DNA of 64,000 bases. Origin: Octopus sinensis. Lineage: Eukaryota. Both the position numbers and the translations under genes were made by a program. This document shows, in pieces, positions 12,755 to 24,679 of this stretch (position 1 is its first letter; every line of letters starts with the position of its first letter). A model generated the notes under the pieces. The model ran no database searches. It saw only the letters and a list, made by a program, of their open reading frames with translations, and had not been told where the DNA came from. The stretch covers positions 18,600,001 through 18,664,000 of the forward strand of contig NC_043024.1 of the NCBI RefSeq assembly GCF_006345805.1, written 5' to 3'.

Positions 12755-12900
12755 TGAAATAGAAAGATGAATAATCTTGTTGCAGATTAATCAAAAGTTT
12801 AACCGATACCTTGGTAGCAAAAATCACAGCAGAAGACAGCACGGTTGGAGGTACAACCATATGGTGTTGCAACCATGCGTTGGTGCGGATAATTGAATTT

Positions 12901-13139
12901 TAATATTATTAGTGAAATGAAGAAATGGAGTTGAACGAAGATTGAACAGAAATCGTTTTATTGCATTCTACACGTGTTTCGAAAGGCACAATTTACCAAA
13001 TTCCGAATGACACAATATGGTCTCATTATTCATTCGGAATTTGGTAAATTGTGCCTTTCGAAACACGTGTAGAATGAAATAAAACGATTTCTGTTCAATC
13101 TTCGTTCAACTCCATTTCTTCAATTCACTAATAATATTA
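12901..13139. repeat. Inverted-repeat cassette with an HHR-shaped scaffold and non-canonical core
   Basis: ~110-bp arms; each carries CATTC..TTCGAAACACGTGTAGAATG; homologous single copy at ~8640-8740. Confidence 0.75.
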
Positions 13140-13399
13140 TATATATATATATATGTATCTGTGAGTCAAAGATGCACTCACATATCTGTCAATAGAGTGG
13201 GTATATTATCTGAAGTATACAGTATTATATATCCATCATGGCTGATCTTACCCATCACATTTGCACTAAAGGTACAACAGAGTGTTGGGTAACAATCCAA
13301 TTATATAACCCTATGCTCATCAGAGGTAGCCAATATGGAATGAAATATGATGAGAACAGTTGCCATATTTCACTCCATATCTTCTACCTCTGATGAGCA

Positions 13400-13755
13400 T
13401 TCATCATCATCATCATCATCGTCGTTTAGCGTCCGTTTTCCATGCTAGCATGGGTTGGACGGTTCTACTGGGGTCTGTGAAGCCAGAAGGCTTCATCAGG
13501 CCCAGTCAAATCTGGCAGTGTTTCTACGGCTGGATGCCCTTCCTAACGCCAACCACTCCGTGAGTGTAGTGGGTGCTTTTTACGTGCCACCCGCACAGGT
13601 GCCAGACAGAGCTGGCAAACAGCCACGAACGGATGGTGCTTTTTATGTGCCACCGGCACAAGGGCCAGGCGAGGCTGGCAACGGACACAAAACGGGGTGG
13701 TGCTGGCAACGGTCGCGAAACGGAAGGTTCTCTTACATGCCACCGGCACTGGTAG
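13400..13755 (-). mobile_element. Family C element
   Basis: RTE-like tail plus about 3 GTGCCGGTGGCACGTAAAAAGCACC modules. Confidence 0.75.
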
Positions 13756-14329
13756 GGTTATATAATCAGATTGCTACCTAACACTCCAATGTACTAGTGT
13801 GAAAGTGATTGGCAAGTGTTCTGTATTCAGCTCCTAATGAATTTATAATAAATGCTGTACATTTGTTTAAATAATTAAAAACCACCAATCACATGGCCTG
13901 CACGAGTTTTATGTGACCTTGTCTGGGCTTTTTCCTAGATATTGCAATTAAAATGAACGGGAACACACAGTTGACTCCATTGCTGTAGGATCATGGTTGA
14001 TGTTGTTTTCCCCTTCTCATACATTCTGATTCCACTACGGTGAGATGGAAATTCACAGTTTACGGCTATTTGATCCTTGTTCTTATAAAGATGCTTATGA
14101 AAGAAGCAAGTGACAAAACTTGACAATGGCATTGCTGATAGGATTCGAACCTCTGCAGCGAAAGAAAGAGCAGCCATGCTGGATATATGTTATACATACT
14201 CTGTACACTTTGGGTATTATATTCTCCTTGGCTTTCTTTTATTCTTTTACTTGTCTCAGTCAGATGACTGTGGCTGTGCTGGAGCACCACCTAACAGGGT
14301 TTTTAGTTAAAGAAATTGATCCCAGGACC

Positions 14330-14508
14330 TCATCATCATCATCATCATCATCGTTTAGCGTCCGTTTTCCATGCTAGCATGGGTTGGACAGTTCTACTGG
14401 GGTCTGTGAAGCCAGAAGGCTTCATCAGGCCCAGTCAAATCTGGCAGTGTTTCTACGGCTTGATGCCCTTCCTAACGCCAACCACTCCGTGAGTGTAGTG
14501 GGTGCTAA
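14330..14508 (-). mobile_element. Family C element, truncated
   Basis: Near-identical to 13400-13578. Confidence 0.75.
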
Positions 14509-14619
14509 TACTTATTCTATTGGTCTCTTTTGCTGAACTGCTAAGTTATGGGGGTGTAAGCACAACAAAATTGGTTGTCAAACAATGGTATGGGGACAAA
14601 CACACACACACACATATAC

Positions 14620-14708
<89 letters not shown>

Positions 14709-15499
14709 GTGGAGGCGCAATGGCTCGGTGGTTAGGGCAGCAGACTCGCAGTTGGAGGATCGCCGTTTTAATTCCCAGACCGGGCGTTGTGTGTGTTTAT
14801 TGAGCGAAAACACCTAAAGATCCATGAGGTTCCGGCAGGGGGTGGTGGTGACACCTGTTGTACTCTTTCATAGTTATAGTAGGTGCCACACAGTGGGACT
14901 GAACCCTGAACCATGTGGTTGGGAAGCAAGTTCCTTAACACACAGTTACACTCGTGCCTGAGCCATACCACACACATATGCACATACATATCCACGTGTG
15001 TATGTCTTTGCGTAAGTGTCTGTCCCTCACCACCACTTGAGAACCAGTGTTGGCATGTTTACATCCCCCTGTCATCTAGCAGTTCAGCAAAAGAGACTGA
15101 TAGAATAAGAATCAGGCTTTACAAAAAAATAAATAATAAACACTGGGGTTGATTTATTAGACTAAACTTTTTCAGGTCGGAGCTCCAGCATGGCCACAGT
15201 CTAATGACTGAAACAATGAAAAGATATAAGGAAAATTAAAATTGATTACCAGCGTAAGAATGTGTCATGTCACAAGTTCGGACGCCTTCTACTCAGCTCG
15301 ACTCCTACTCTACCCCGACCTATTCTACTGAGGTCTAGGCTTCTCCTTTTATATCTACGTATTGGGCTAGCCTACTTCATTGTCTGGGGGCGTCCACACA
15401 ACAGAATGAGAAAATTGTTTTAAGGAACTCTTTGATTTTTTTTTATTGAAACAAAGACTGCATTTCGACAGAACTATGGTAACAAAAGAGTTAAATGGT

Positions 15500-16159
15500 T
15501 TGACCATGTTATTTTGTTGTGTGTGTATATGTGTGTTTGTATGTGTGTGTGTGTGGGGGGTGCATGTATGTATGTATGTGTGTGCATGTGCGTGTATGTG
15601 TGTATATGTGTGTGCATGTCTGTGTGTATATGTGTGTGTGTTTGTGTGTGTTTATGAGTGTGCATATGTGTTTGTGTATGTGTATGTGTGTTTGTGTGTG
15701 TTTATGTGTGTGTGCATGTGTGTGTGTGTATGTTTTATCAAAGCGGGGTTCATGATTCGGTTAAGTAAATTCCAAATTATTGTCTTTGAAAATTAAATTC
15801 AAAATGATTTCCTAGGGACAAGTTTGAGGCACCAGGGTTACTCTGTGTGCATGTGTGTGTGTGTGTGTGTATGTATGTATATATGTGTGTGCATGTGCAT
15901 GTATGTGTTTCTGTGTGTACATGTCTGTGTGTATATGTGTGTGTTTCAAAATGATTTCCTAGGGATAAGTTTGAGGCACCAGGGTTATGTATGTATGTAT
16001 GTATATATGTGTGTGCATGTGTGTGTGTGTGTGTGTACTTACTTCAGTGTGTGTCCTTCCAAAATAATACTTGTTTCAGTGTGTGTATGTGTGTATGCAA
16101 AGTTCAGTAGACATGTATGTGTGTATATGTGTGTGTATGCATGTATCTTTCAGTATGTC

Positions 16160-16190
<31 letters not shown>

Positions 16191-16660
16191 CTGTATGCTT
16201 CAGTTTATGTGTGAGTTTGCATATTTCAGTGTATGTCTGTCTATGTCCGTGTGTACATATGTTCACTTCAGTCTTTGTATATGCGTATGCAATGTTCAGT
16301 GTGTGTGTATGCTTGTGTGTGTGTACACATGCATGCTTTTGTGTGTGTGTGTGTGTCTGTTTGTGTATTTCTGTATGCATGTCCCCCATGTATATTTTTA
16401 TGTGTGTATTTGAGTATGTGTATGCATGTGTGTGTGTATTTCTGTATGTGTGTGTCCGTGTGTGTATTTCTGTATGTATGTCCACCATGTGTATTTTTAT
16501 ATGTGTGTGTGTGTGTATTTCTGTATGCGTGTCACCCATGTGTATTTTTATATGTGTGTAATTGTGTGTGTGTGTGTCTATTTGTGTGCATGTATGTGTC
16601 CGTGTGTGTATTTCTGTATATGTGTCCCCCATGTGTATTTGTGTGTGTGTGTGTGTGTCA
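15500..16660. repeat. Compound (GT)n/(GTAT)n minisatellite with internal duplications
   Basis: Read directly; the block TTCAAAATGATTTCCTAGGGA..GAGGCACCAGGGTTA occurs twice (~15797, ~15945). Confidence 0.9.
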
Positions 16661-17001
16661 GGGGCAGGTGCACTGAACTGAAAGTAAATTCCAAACGATT
16701 TCCTTTGAAATCAGATTAACAATAATTCTGCTAAGATGATGAGCCAAAGGCGGAATTGGCCTAATTGTGTGTGTGTATGTGTGTGAGTGTTTATGAATGC
16801 ACGTGTGAGTTCTTAGAAAATGGTAAATTAGAATAAATGGAATAATATGGAATAAAAAAGAATAGAAGGAAACCAAATAAAGTTGCATTCAACAGTGAGG
16901 TCAAACTGTGACAGGTTCCTGAAGAATTTGAAATTAGGATCAATAAAAGATATTGGTAAATGTGTGTGTGTGTGTGTGTGTGGTGTGTGTCTGTGTGTGT
17001 G

Positions 17002-17525
17002 TGTGGATGAAGGTAAGGAATGGTAACTCTGAGAAATGGGAAGGGTTGAGGAATATGCTGTTGAGAGGTCACATGATGCCAATAGCCTGTAGAATTTCTA
17101 AAACGAGTTGAAGCATATTTCATTTCCCTGGTGAGGGTCTTGTAAGGATTTTAGCATGTGTCTTTGTGTGTGTGTGGATGAAGGTAAGGAATGGTAATTC
17201 TTAGAAATGGGAAGAATTGAGGAATATACTGTTGAGAGGTAACATGATAATTTCCTGAAGAATCTAAAACTTGATTTGAAGCTTGTTTCCTTTCCCTGGT
17301 GAGGGTCTTGTAAGGATTTTAGCATGCGTATTTATGTGTGTGTATGTGTGTGTACGTGTGTGTGTGTGTGTGTGCGTGAAGGTAAGGAATGGTAATTCTT
17401 AGAAATGGGAAGAAATGAGGAATATGCTGTTGAGAGGTAACATGATAATTTCCTGAAGAATCTAAAACTTGATTTGAAGCTTGCTTCCTTTCACTGGTGA
17501 GGGTCTTGCAAAGATTTTAGCATGT
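17002..17525 (+). repeat. Tandem triplication, period 171-198 bp
   Basis: GAAGGTAAGGAATGGTAA..GAAATGGGAAG..GTTGAGAGGT..CTGGTGAGGGTCTTG..GATTTTAGCATG occurs three times, separated by (GT)n. Confidence 0.9.
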
Positions 17526-17560
17526 GTGTGTGTGTGTGTGTCTGTGTGTAGGGAATAGTA

Positions 17561-17798
17561 ATACCTATTTCTTTACTACCCACAAGGGGCTAAATACAGA
17601 GAGGACAAACAATGACAGACAAACGAATTAAGTCGATTATATCGACCCCAGTGCGTAACTGGTATGTAATTTATTGACCCCGAAAGGATGAAAGGCAAAG
17701 TTGACCTCAGCGGAATTTGAACTCAGAACGTAATGGCAGACGAAATACCGCTAAGCATTTCGCCCGGCATGCTAACGTTTCTGCCAACTCGCCGCCTT
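17561..17798 (-). mobile_element. tRNA-derived SINE, family B, full length
   Basis: Head AAGGCGGCGAGTTGGCAGAAACGTTAGC..GAGTTCAAATTCC; central GCCTTTCATCCTTTCGGGGTC.ATAAA (resembles the Meta-SINE domain, from memory); ~20-bp flanking direct repeat GTGTAGGGAAT.GTAATACC. Confidence 0.8.
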
Positions 17799-18069
17799 GT
17801 GTAGGGAATGGTAATACCATGAAATGGGAGCTAAAGAATTTAGAGAGTTAGAGAAAACAGAATTAAGGAACATTCTGTGAGGTGGGTTCATGGCACAACT
17901 GTTTGGAGAAGTTAAAACTGGAGTTGAAAATTCTTCCATAGCTGAATGTTCTTGGGGGTTTAAGGTTAGTGTGAGTAAATGGGGGCGGGGAGAGGGGGAG
18001 ATGAAAGAGAAAAGAAGGAGATGGAATAGAAAGATATACATGTATCCACCTTTAAACTTCTCTGCATCT

Positions 18070-18545
18070 GGATCATCATCGTCATCATCATCATCGTTTA
18101 ACGACCATTTTCCACTCTAGCAGGGGTTGGACGGTTCAACTGGGGACCTGGGAAGCCAGGAGGCTGCACCAGGCTCCAGTCTGATCTTGCAGTGATTCTA
18201 CGGCTGGATGCCCTTCCTAACGCCAACCACTCCGTGAGTATAGTGGGTGCTTTTTATGTGCCTCTGGCACAGGTGCCAGGGGAGGCTGGCAACGGCCATG
18301 ATTGGTTGGTAGCTTTTACATGCCACCTACATGGAAGCCAGTCAAGGCGGCACTGGCATCGGCCATGTACGGATGGTGCTTTTTACATGCCACTGGCACA
18401 GGTGCCAGGGTAAGCTGGCAACGGCCACAATCGGTTGGTGGATTTTACGTGCCACCGGCACAGAAGCCAGTCAAGGCGGCGGTGGCATTGGCGCATTTTA
18501 CATGCCACCGGCACAGGTATCGCAACCACAATTTCCATTTGATAT
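18070..18545 (-). mobile_element. Family C element, about 4 modules
   Basis: RTE-like tail plus repeated ~60-bp modules. Confidence 0.75.
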
Positions 18546-18694
18546 GTAAAATATTTTTCTTGCTGTGAAGACAGAGACTTAATTTACCAAATATGTATGT
18601 CCTTCTGTAACTGGCAGCACATTTTGGTGAACTCTCAAAGCCTTGTGAGTGGATCTGGTTGATGGAAACTGAAAGAAGCCCATCATATGTAGAT

Positions 18695-18743
<49 letters not shown>

Positions 18744-18831
18744 GTTAATACAAAATGAAAACACAACAATGCAAGGATGTGGGACAACTATAGTGTTATT
18801 GGACGCTCAGGAAAGGAAAGAATGAAGGAGG

Positions 18832-18866
18832 ATTTAACGTTTCGAGCGGAGCTCTTCATCAGAAAC
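18832..18866 (-). ncRNA. Minimal type I hammerhead ribozyme motif
   Basis: GUUU CUGAUGA A GAGC-UCC-GCUC GAAAC GUU AAAU: intact core, 4-bp stem II, ACGU palindromic stem III, 4-bp stem I. Confidence 0.65.
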
Positions 18867-19256
18867 ATAGGAAAAGGAAAGATCCAAGGAAGGGAAGACG
18901 GAGAAAGAAAATCGCCAACGATACACACACGGTCACATATTGAATATATATATATTAATACTATTATTATTATTTTTATTATTAGTTTCATCTCAAGAGC
19001 TGCAGGTATGCTTGGGTACTGTGTGTGTATATATATATATATATATATAATAATAAATATTAGGGAATAAATCCAAACTTACAGGGAAAAATCAGATTTA
19101 GGATTGAATCCAATTTTATAGTAAAATATTATATTATATTAAATTAGAGACAAAACCACTATTAGGCAAATCAAACAATGAAAGACTTAAGCCAATACAT
19201 ATGATTAATTTATATTATTTAAATATGTAACAATAATTAAAAAATATAATAAATAT

Positions 19257-19319
19257 CCACTACGATAGTTTCCTGCCTGCTGTCTTTAAATTTTTGAGTC
19301 GCAGTCATTCATCAGGTGG
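19257..19319 (-). ncRNA. Type I hammerhead motif, left arm of the 19131-19518 palindrome
   Basis: CCAC CUGAUGA AUGACUGC..GCAGGCAG GAAAC UAUC GUA GUGG: stem I CCAC/GUGG; imperfect stem II. Confidence 0.55.
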
Positions 19320-19332
19320 TTTCACTATTTTT

Positions 19333-19392
19333 CTTGATGAATGACTGCGACTCAAAAATTTAAAGACAGCAGGCAGGAAACGATCGTAGTGG
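19333..19392 (+). ncRNA. 5'-truncated hammerhead motif, right arm of the 19131-19518 palindrome
   Basis: UUGAUGA..GAAACGAUCGUAGUGG; palindromic ACGAUCGU; C3 and the 5' strand of stem I are lost at the inversion junction. Confidence 0.4.
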
Positions 19393-19509
19393 ATATTAAT
19401 TATATTTTTTAATAATTGTTACATATTTAAATAATATAAATTAATCATATGTATTGGCTTAAGTCTTTCATTGTTTGATTTGCCTAATAGTGGTTTTGTC
19501 TCTAATTTA

Positions 19510-19540
<31 letters not shown>

Positions 19541-20759
19541 GTCGTTGACCCGCGACGAGAGCTCTGCTACTGTCTTTCTGACCTGGCTTCCTTCAAGTGT
19601 GGATGGCTTTCCTGTCTCTCTCTTGCCGTCCTCAAAAGCGTTCATAATATTTTTTCTTTCGTTCTGGCTTAACTGCTCTCAATGTTTGTATTACTGTTAT
19701 TCTCCTTGTCCTGTCCTTTATTGTTTATATTTTGTACTGTCTTTACTGTCCTGTTTTTGTTACCATTTTTACCTCTCCGCAAAAAAATCTCAAATTTTAT
19801 TTAATTTGCTTTTCGCGGGAAGGAATGTTTCATTAAAGACGTGTCTCGCCTTGACCTTCGGAACGCGGAGTAGTTGAAACAAAGGCGACTGAAGAAGGGG
19901 AATTTTCCTTGTATTGTATGTCCTGTACTCTATTTTTTCGTTGTTTAAGAAAAATGTCCATTTCCTTGGTTTTGTGTTTATGTTTTCGTTTCTCATTGTG
20001 TTCAACATTTTTTGGTGTCCTGTACCCATATATGCATGTATATATACATATAGATGTAGGTACGTACATATATGTATGTATATATGCATATATTTTATTT
20101 TATTTATTAATTTATTATATATATATATAACTTATCAGAGAGAGACAGAAACAGACAGAAACTTATGAAATATACACGCACAAGTTTATACACCTATCTA
20201 TGAATATGGCAAATGAAAGATGGAATATACCAGGTGTAAACCATTCATTTTATTATTTATGAAACATATATGCATAAACACACACATATATAGGCATCGA
20301 TATATAAATGCACATATATACACACATATACACATACATGTGTAGACAGTTATTTATATATATGATACATTATTTCATACTGCCTCACAAACTATAATGA
20401 CAAGTGATATATATATATATCTATATATCAATTAAATTATTTTCTTTCTGGCAAATCTCAGAGGAATAGAAAAAAATATTTATATATTAAAAAAAATATA
20501 TATATATATATTACTTCACCTGTTCCACTTGAAATTATTTTGCTGTAAAATCACATACACCCACCCACAGACACCTACCCACAAACTCACACCCCCCATG
20601 CACACACACAATACATAGTTATGTGTATATATTCATATACACACATATATATATACATACGTACATATATATATGTATATATATATATATACACATATAT
20701 ATACATATATATACATATATATATATTATATATATATATATATATATAGATATATATAT

Positions 20760-21000
20760 ATATATATATATATGTAAGTATACATATGTATTATATATGA
20801 CATAAAGTTAGGAGGTGTGAAATGTGTGTGTAGAATTATTTTCCATATGTATATGTATGTATATATTATATATATATATATTATATATATATATAATATA
20901 TACATACATATACATATGGAAAAATAATTCTACACACACATTTCACACCTCCTAACTTTATGTCATATATATATACATATGTATACTTACATATATATAT
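20760..21000. repeat. Inverted repeat centred on a (TA)n tract
   Basis: ATGACATAAAGTTAGGAGGTGTGAAATGTGTGTGTAGAATTATTTT and its exact reverse complement. Confidence 0.85.
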
Positions 21001-21168
21001 ACATACACACACACACACACATACACATATATGTATATAGACAAATAGATATACATACATATATATACATATTTAATAAATATATATATGCTTATCTGTA
21101 TTACCATCTGTCTATTGTTCTATATATATATATATATGTGTGTGTGTATGTGTGTATATATGTATATA

Positions 21169-21228
<60 letters not shown>

Positions 21229-21282
21229 GTATATATATATATATATATGTGTGTGCATATGAGTGAATATTGCATACATATA

Positions 21283-21340
<58 letters not shown>

Positions 21341-21593
21341 CATATAATTCTTAGTTTCAAATACTTTCGGTTTGTCTATAATTTATTTATTCTATACAAT
21401 TTGTGATATTTTTGCCGAGTTTTGTTCTGGACAATCTGTTATATAAAAAAAGATATCACCGACCAAGATATCAACATGCAATTTGGTAATATGATTAGAA
21501 ATAACACAAGTCAGGAAAATCACTGGAAATTTTCTGATGGAATCAGTTGAGTAGGGCAAAGTTGAGGTTGGAAATGTCACGACATACCGTTCA

Positions 21594-22662
21594 TGGTGGT
21601 GGTGGTTGTGGTGGTTGCGGTAGTAGTGGTGGGGGTGGGTGGGGTGGGTGGTGGTGGGTGGGGGTGGTGGTTGTGGTGGTTGTGGTGGTGGTTGTGGTAG
21701 TGGTGGTGGTTGTGGTAGCGGTGGTGGTGTGGTGGTGGTGGTTGTGTGGTTGTGGTGGGGGTTAGTGGTGGTGGTGGTTGTGGTGGTTGTGGTGGTGGTT
21801 GTGGTAGTGGTGGTGGTTGTGGTAGCGGTGGTGGTGGTGGGTGTGGTAATGGTGGTTGTGGTGGGGGTAGTGGTGGTGGTGGTTGTGGTGGTTGTGGTGG
21901 TGGTTGTGGTAGTGGTGGTGGTTGTGGTAGCGGTGGTGGTGGTGGGTGTGGTAATGGTGGTTGTGGTGGGGGTAGTGGTGGTGGTGGTTGTGGTGGTTGT
22001 GGTGGTGGCGGTTGTGATGGTGGTTGTGGTGGTGGTGGTGGTTGTGGTGGTGGTAGTGGTGGTGGTGGTTGTGGTGGTGGTGGTTGTGGTGGTGGTTGTG
22101 GTAGTGGTGGTGGTTGTGGTAGCGGTGGTGGTGGTGGGTGTGGTAATGGTGGTTGTGGTGGGGGTAGTGGTGGTGGTGGTTGTGGTGGTTGTGGTGGTGG
22201 CGGTTGTGATGGTGGTTGTGGTGGTGGTGGTGGTGGTTGTGGTGGTGGTGGTTGTGGTGGTGGTTGTGGTGGTGGTGGTGGTTGTGTGGTGGTGGTGGTG
22301 GTGGTGGTGGTGGTGGTGGTTGTGGTGGTTGTGGTGGTGGTTGTGGTAGTGGTGGTGGTTGTGGTAGCGGTGGTGGTGGTGGGTGTGGTAATGGTGGTTG
22401 TGGTGGGGGTAGTGGTGTGGTGTGGTTGTGGTGGTTGTGGTGGTGGTGGTGGTGGTGGTGGTGGTGGTTGTGGTGGTGGTTGTGGTGTGGTGGTGGTTGT
22501 GGTGGTGGTGGTGTGGTGGTGGTTGTGGTGGTGGTGGTGGTTGTGGTGGTGGTTGTGGTGGTGGTGGTGGTGGTGGTGGTGGGGATGATTGTGGTAGTGG
22601 TGGTGGTGGTGGTTGTGGTGGTGGTAGTAGTGATGTTTATGGTGACAGTGGTGGTGGTGGTG
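21594..22662. repeat. (GGT)n/(GGTTGT)n G-rich microsatellite with higher-order duplication
   Basis: Landmark GGTAGCGG recurs at ~21719, 21826, 21931, 22123 and 22368; one spacing is exactly 105 bp. Confidence 0.95.
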
Positions 22663-22724
22663 AAATAATATTTGATTCGTTTGTTTTCTTCACAATTTAA
22701 AAATGTCACGTGTGTTTATGATCC

Positions 22725-22764
<40 letters not shown>

Positions 22765-22889
22765 AATCAATTCACATCTGTTTCCCCATGTGATCAGGGG
22801 TTGAACGGTTTAACAGGCACTGACTAGTCTACGGACTTCACTAGAGCTCAAATGACCACTGCTTTTGCATGGTTCCTACAGCTTGATGT

Positions 22890-23313
22890 CTTTCCTAATA
22901 CCTATTTCCTTTACTACCCACAAGGGGCTAAACACAGAGAGAACAAACAAGGACAGAGAAATGGATTAAGTCGATTATATCAACCCCAGTGTGTAACTGG
23001 TACTTATTTAATCGACCCCGAAAGGATGAAAGGCAAAGTCGACCTCGCCGGAATTTGAACTCAGAACGTACCAGCAGACAAAATACCTATTTCTTTACTA
23101 CCCACAAGGGGCTAAACACAGAGAGGACAAACAAGGATAGACAAATGGATTAAGTCGATTATATCGACCCCAGTTCGTAACTGGTACTTATTTAATTGAC
23201 CCTGAAATGATGAAAGGCAAAGTTGACCTCGGCGGAATTTGAACTCAGAACGTAACGGCAGACGAAATACCGCTATGCGTCTCGCCCGGCGTGCTAACGA
23301 TTCTGCCAGCTCG
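22890..23313 (-). mobile_element. Two tandem SINE family B copies
   Basis: TTTCTTTACTACCCACAAGGGGCTAAACAC..GGAATTTGAACTCAGAACGTA occurs twice. Confidence 0.8.
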
Positions 23314-24147
23314 TCTTTCCTAATACCAACCACTTCACAAAGTGTACTAACTGCTTTACTATGTGGCACCAACACTAGTGGAGCCATCAAGTACTTTCAA
23401 AGCAAGAACCTACTTCCACTGGTTTCATACTGAAGAGTTGAATACATGACTTGTCCAGCTGAGACAGAGAGAGAGAGACAGAGAGAGAGTAACTCTGTGT
23501 GTGTATGTATCTTTCTATAAGCAAATTACATTGGCCATAAATGTTTCCTATTTTTTCAGTATATTCCTAAGTGTCTTGTCCTACGAGAGACAAGACATGA
23601 AATTTGCTGTGCTGATGATGGCTATTATGGTAGAAACACATAAGTTCAGTGGCCTTCTCCAGACAATGAAACTACCTTTGCATTAATGGCACATCAATTT
23701 CAGAGAATTCTTCATTCTTATGATTATTTCCATTGTTCCACTCAAATTTGGTCCCAGTTCACACCAGGTAATTGTTCTACCCTCTCTGGAAGTAGAGATA
23801 ATTTCAAATTATCAAAAATTTGTCCTGTATGTTTTTTTGTAATATAGTCTTATTAGTTGTGTCTGGGGAGGGTCATTTTCTTTTTGTGCCTTATAATTTA
23901 ACACACTCACCAGTAAAATTTCCACTTATTTCTTATTTTTATTTTCCTAAAATTTTCGTTGCATCTTGCAACCTTTTCGAAAGTCCAAATCCAAAAACGA
24001 AAAGTCTTATTAGTATTTGTTTTTAATTTAAATGCTACTCTCTCCTTGGAATTAATGTTCTTAACTTGCCCTTTTCTCCTAAACATGTGTGTGTGTGGAT
24101 TCTCAAACATGTATACAACTGCATAGATACATAAACTTTAAAATGAA

Positions 24148-24545
24148 ACTAGCAGTATAGCCTGGCGTTGCTCGGACTTGTTTTTTTTTGACTCTTTAGA
24201 ATTGGATTTTTTGAAAAGTAAAAATTTTGCATTATGTAGCTTATTATTCTCTTTAAGTGAACATTTTTCTGGTTGAAATACACTGAAAAATGGTGACACA
24301 ACAGTCAAAAAATCGTAAAAATAAAAATTTTTGTAGAAAAAAGCCCCTTTTTGATGTAAATAATATTTGGTGTTAACATGGTCCAATTTGAAATATTATT
24401 TTCTACGGAAGGAAGAGCAAGCCTTCTATCATACTCACAATTTTGGTCAACTTGCGCTGCAGGGTCTCGGATGAGATAGTGTTAGTTGAAGGCTATCTAA
24501 CCTGCCATACACACACACAAGCAACTTCAGCTTTATATATAGAGA
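24148..24545 (-). mobile_element. Non-autonomous Helitron
   Basis: Minus strand begins a|TCTCTATATATAAAGC and ends CCGAGCAACGCCAGG..CTGCTAG|t; homologous to 44277-44500 and 44598-44992. Confidence 0.75.
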
Positions 24546-24679
24546 TTAACAGATTAGCATGCTGTTCAACAACTCTTCGAGAATGTGGTTGCATCTTGAA
24601 AATATTTCTTACATTTTCCCTGACTGTGTGTGTCAAATTTAAAATTTCATAATTTGAATAACTGCTGGACTATCTTTCC

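Noticed and set aside
13485-13512. CUGAUGA-AGCC-UUCU-GGCU on minus in the twin family C copies
   Set aside because: Followed by UCACAG instead of GAAA; other family copies read CUGGUGC; no stem III.
19884-19924. CUGAAGA followed by a GGGGAA/UUCCUU hairpin and GUA (also minus ~215-260)
   Set aside because: No GAAA or stem III in either copy, so the hammerhead cannot be completed.
21639-22709. Gly/Cys-, Val-, Trp-, His- and Thr-rich ORFs up to 315 aa
   Set aside because: Open in several frames on both strands because of (GGT)n; no start or splice context; frameshifts occur within the repeat.
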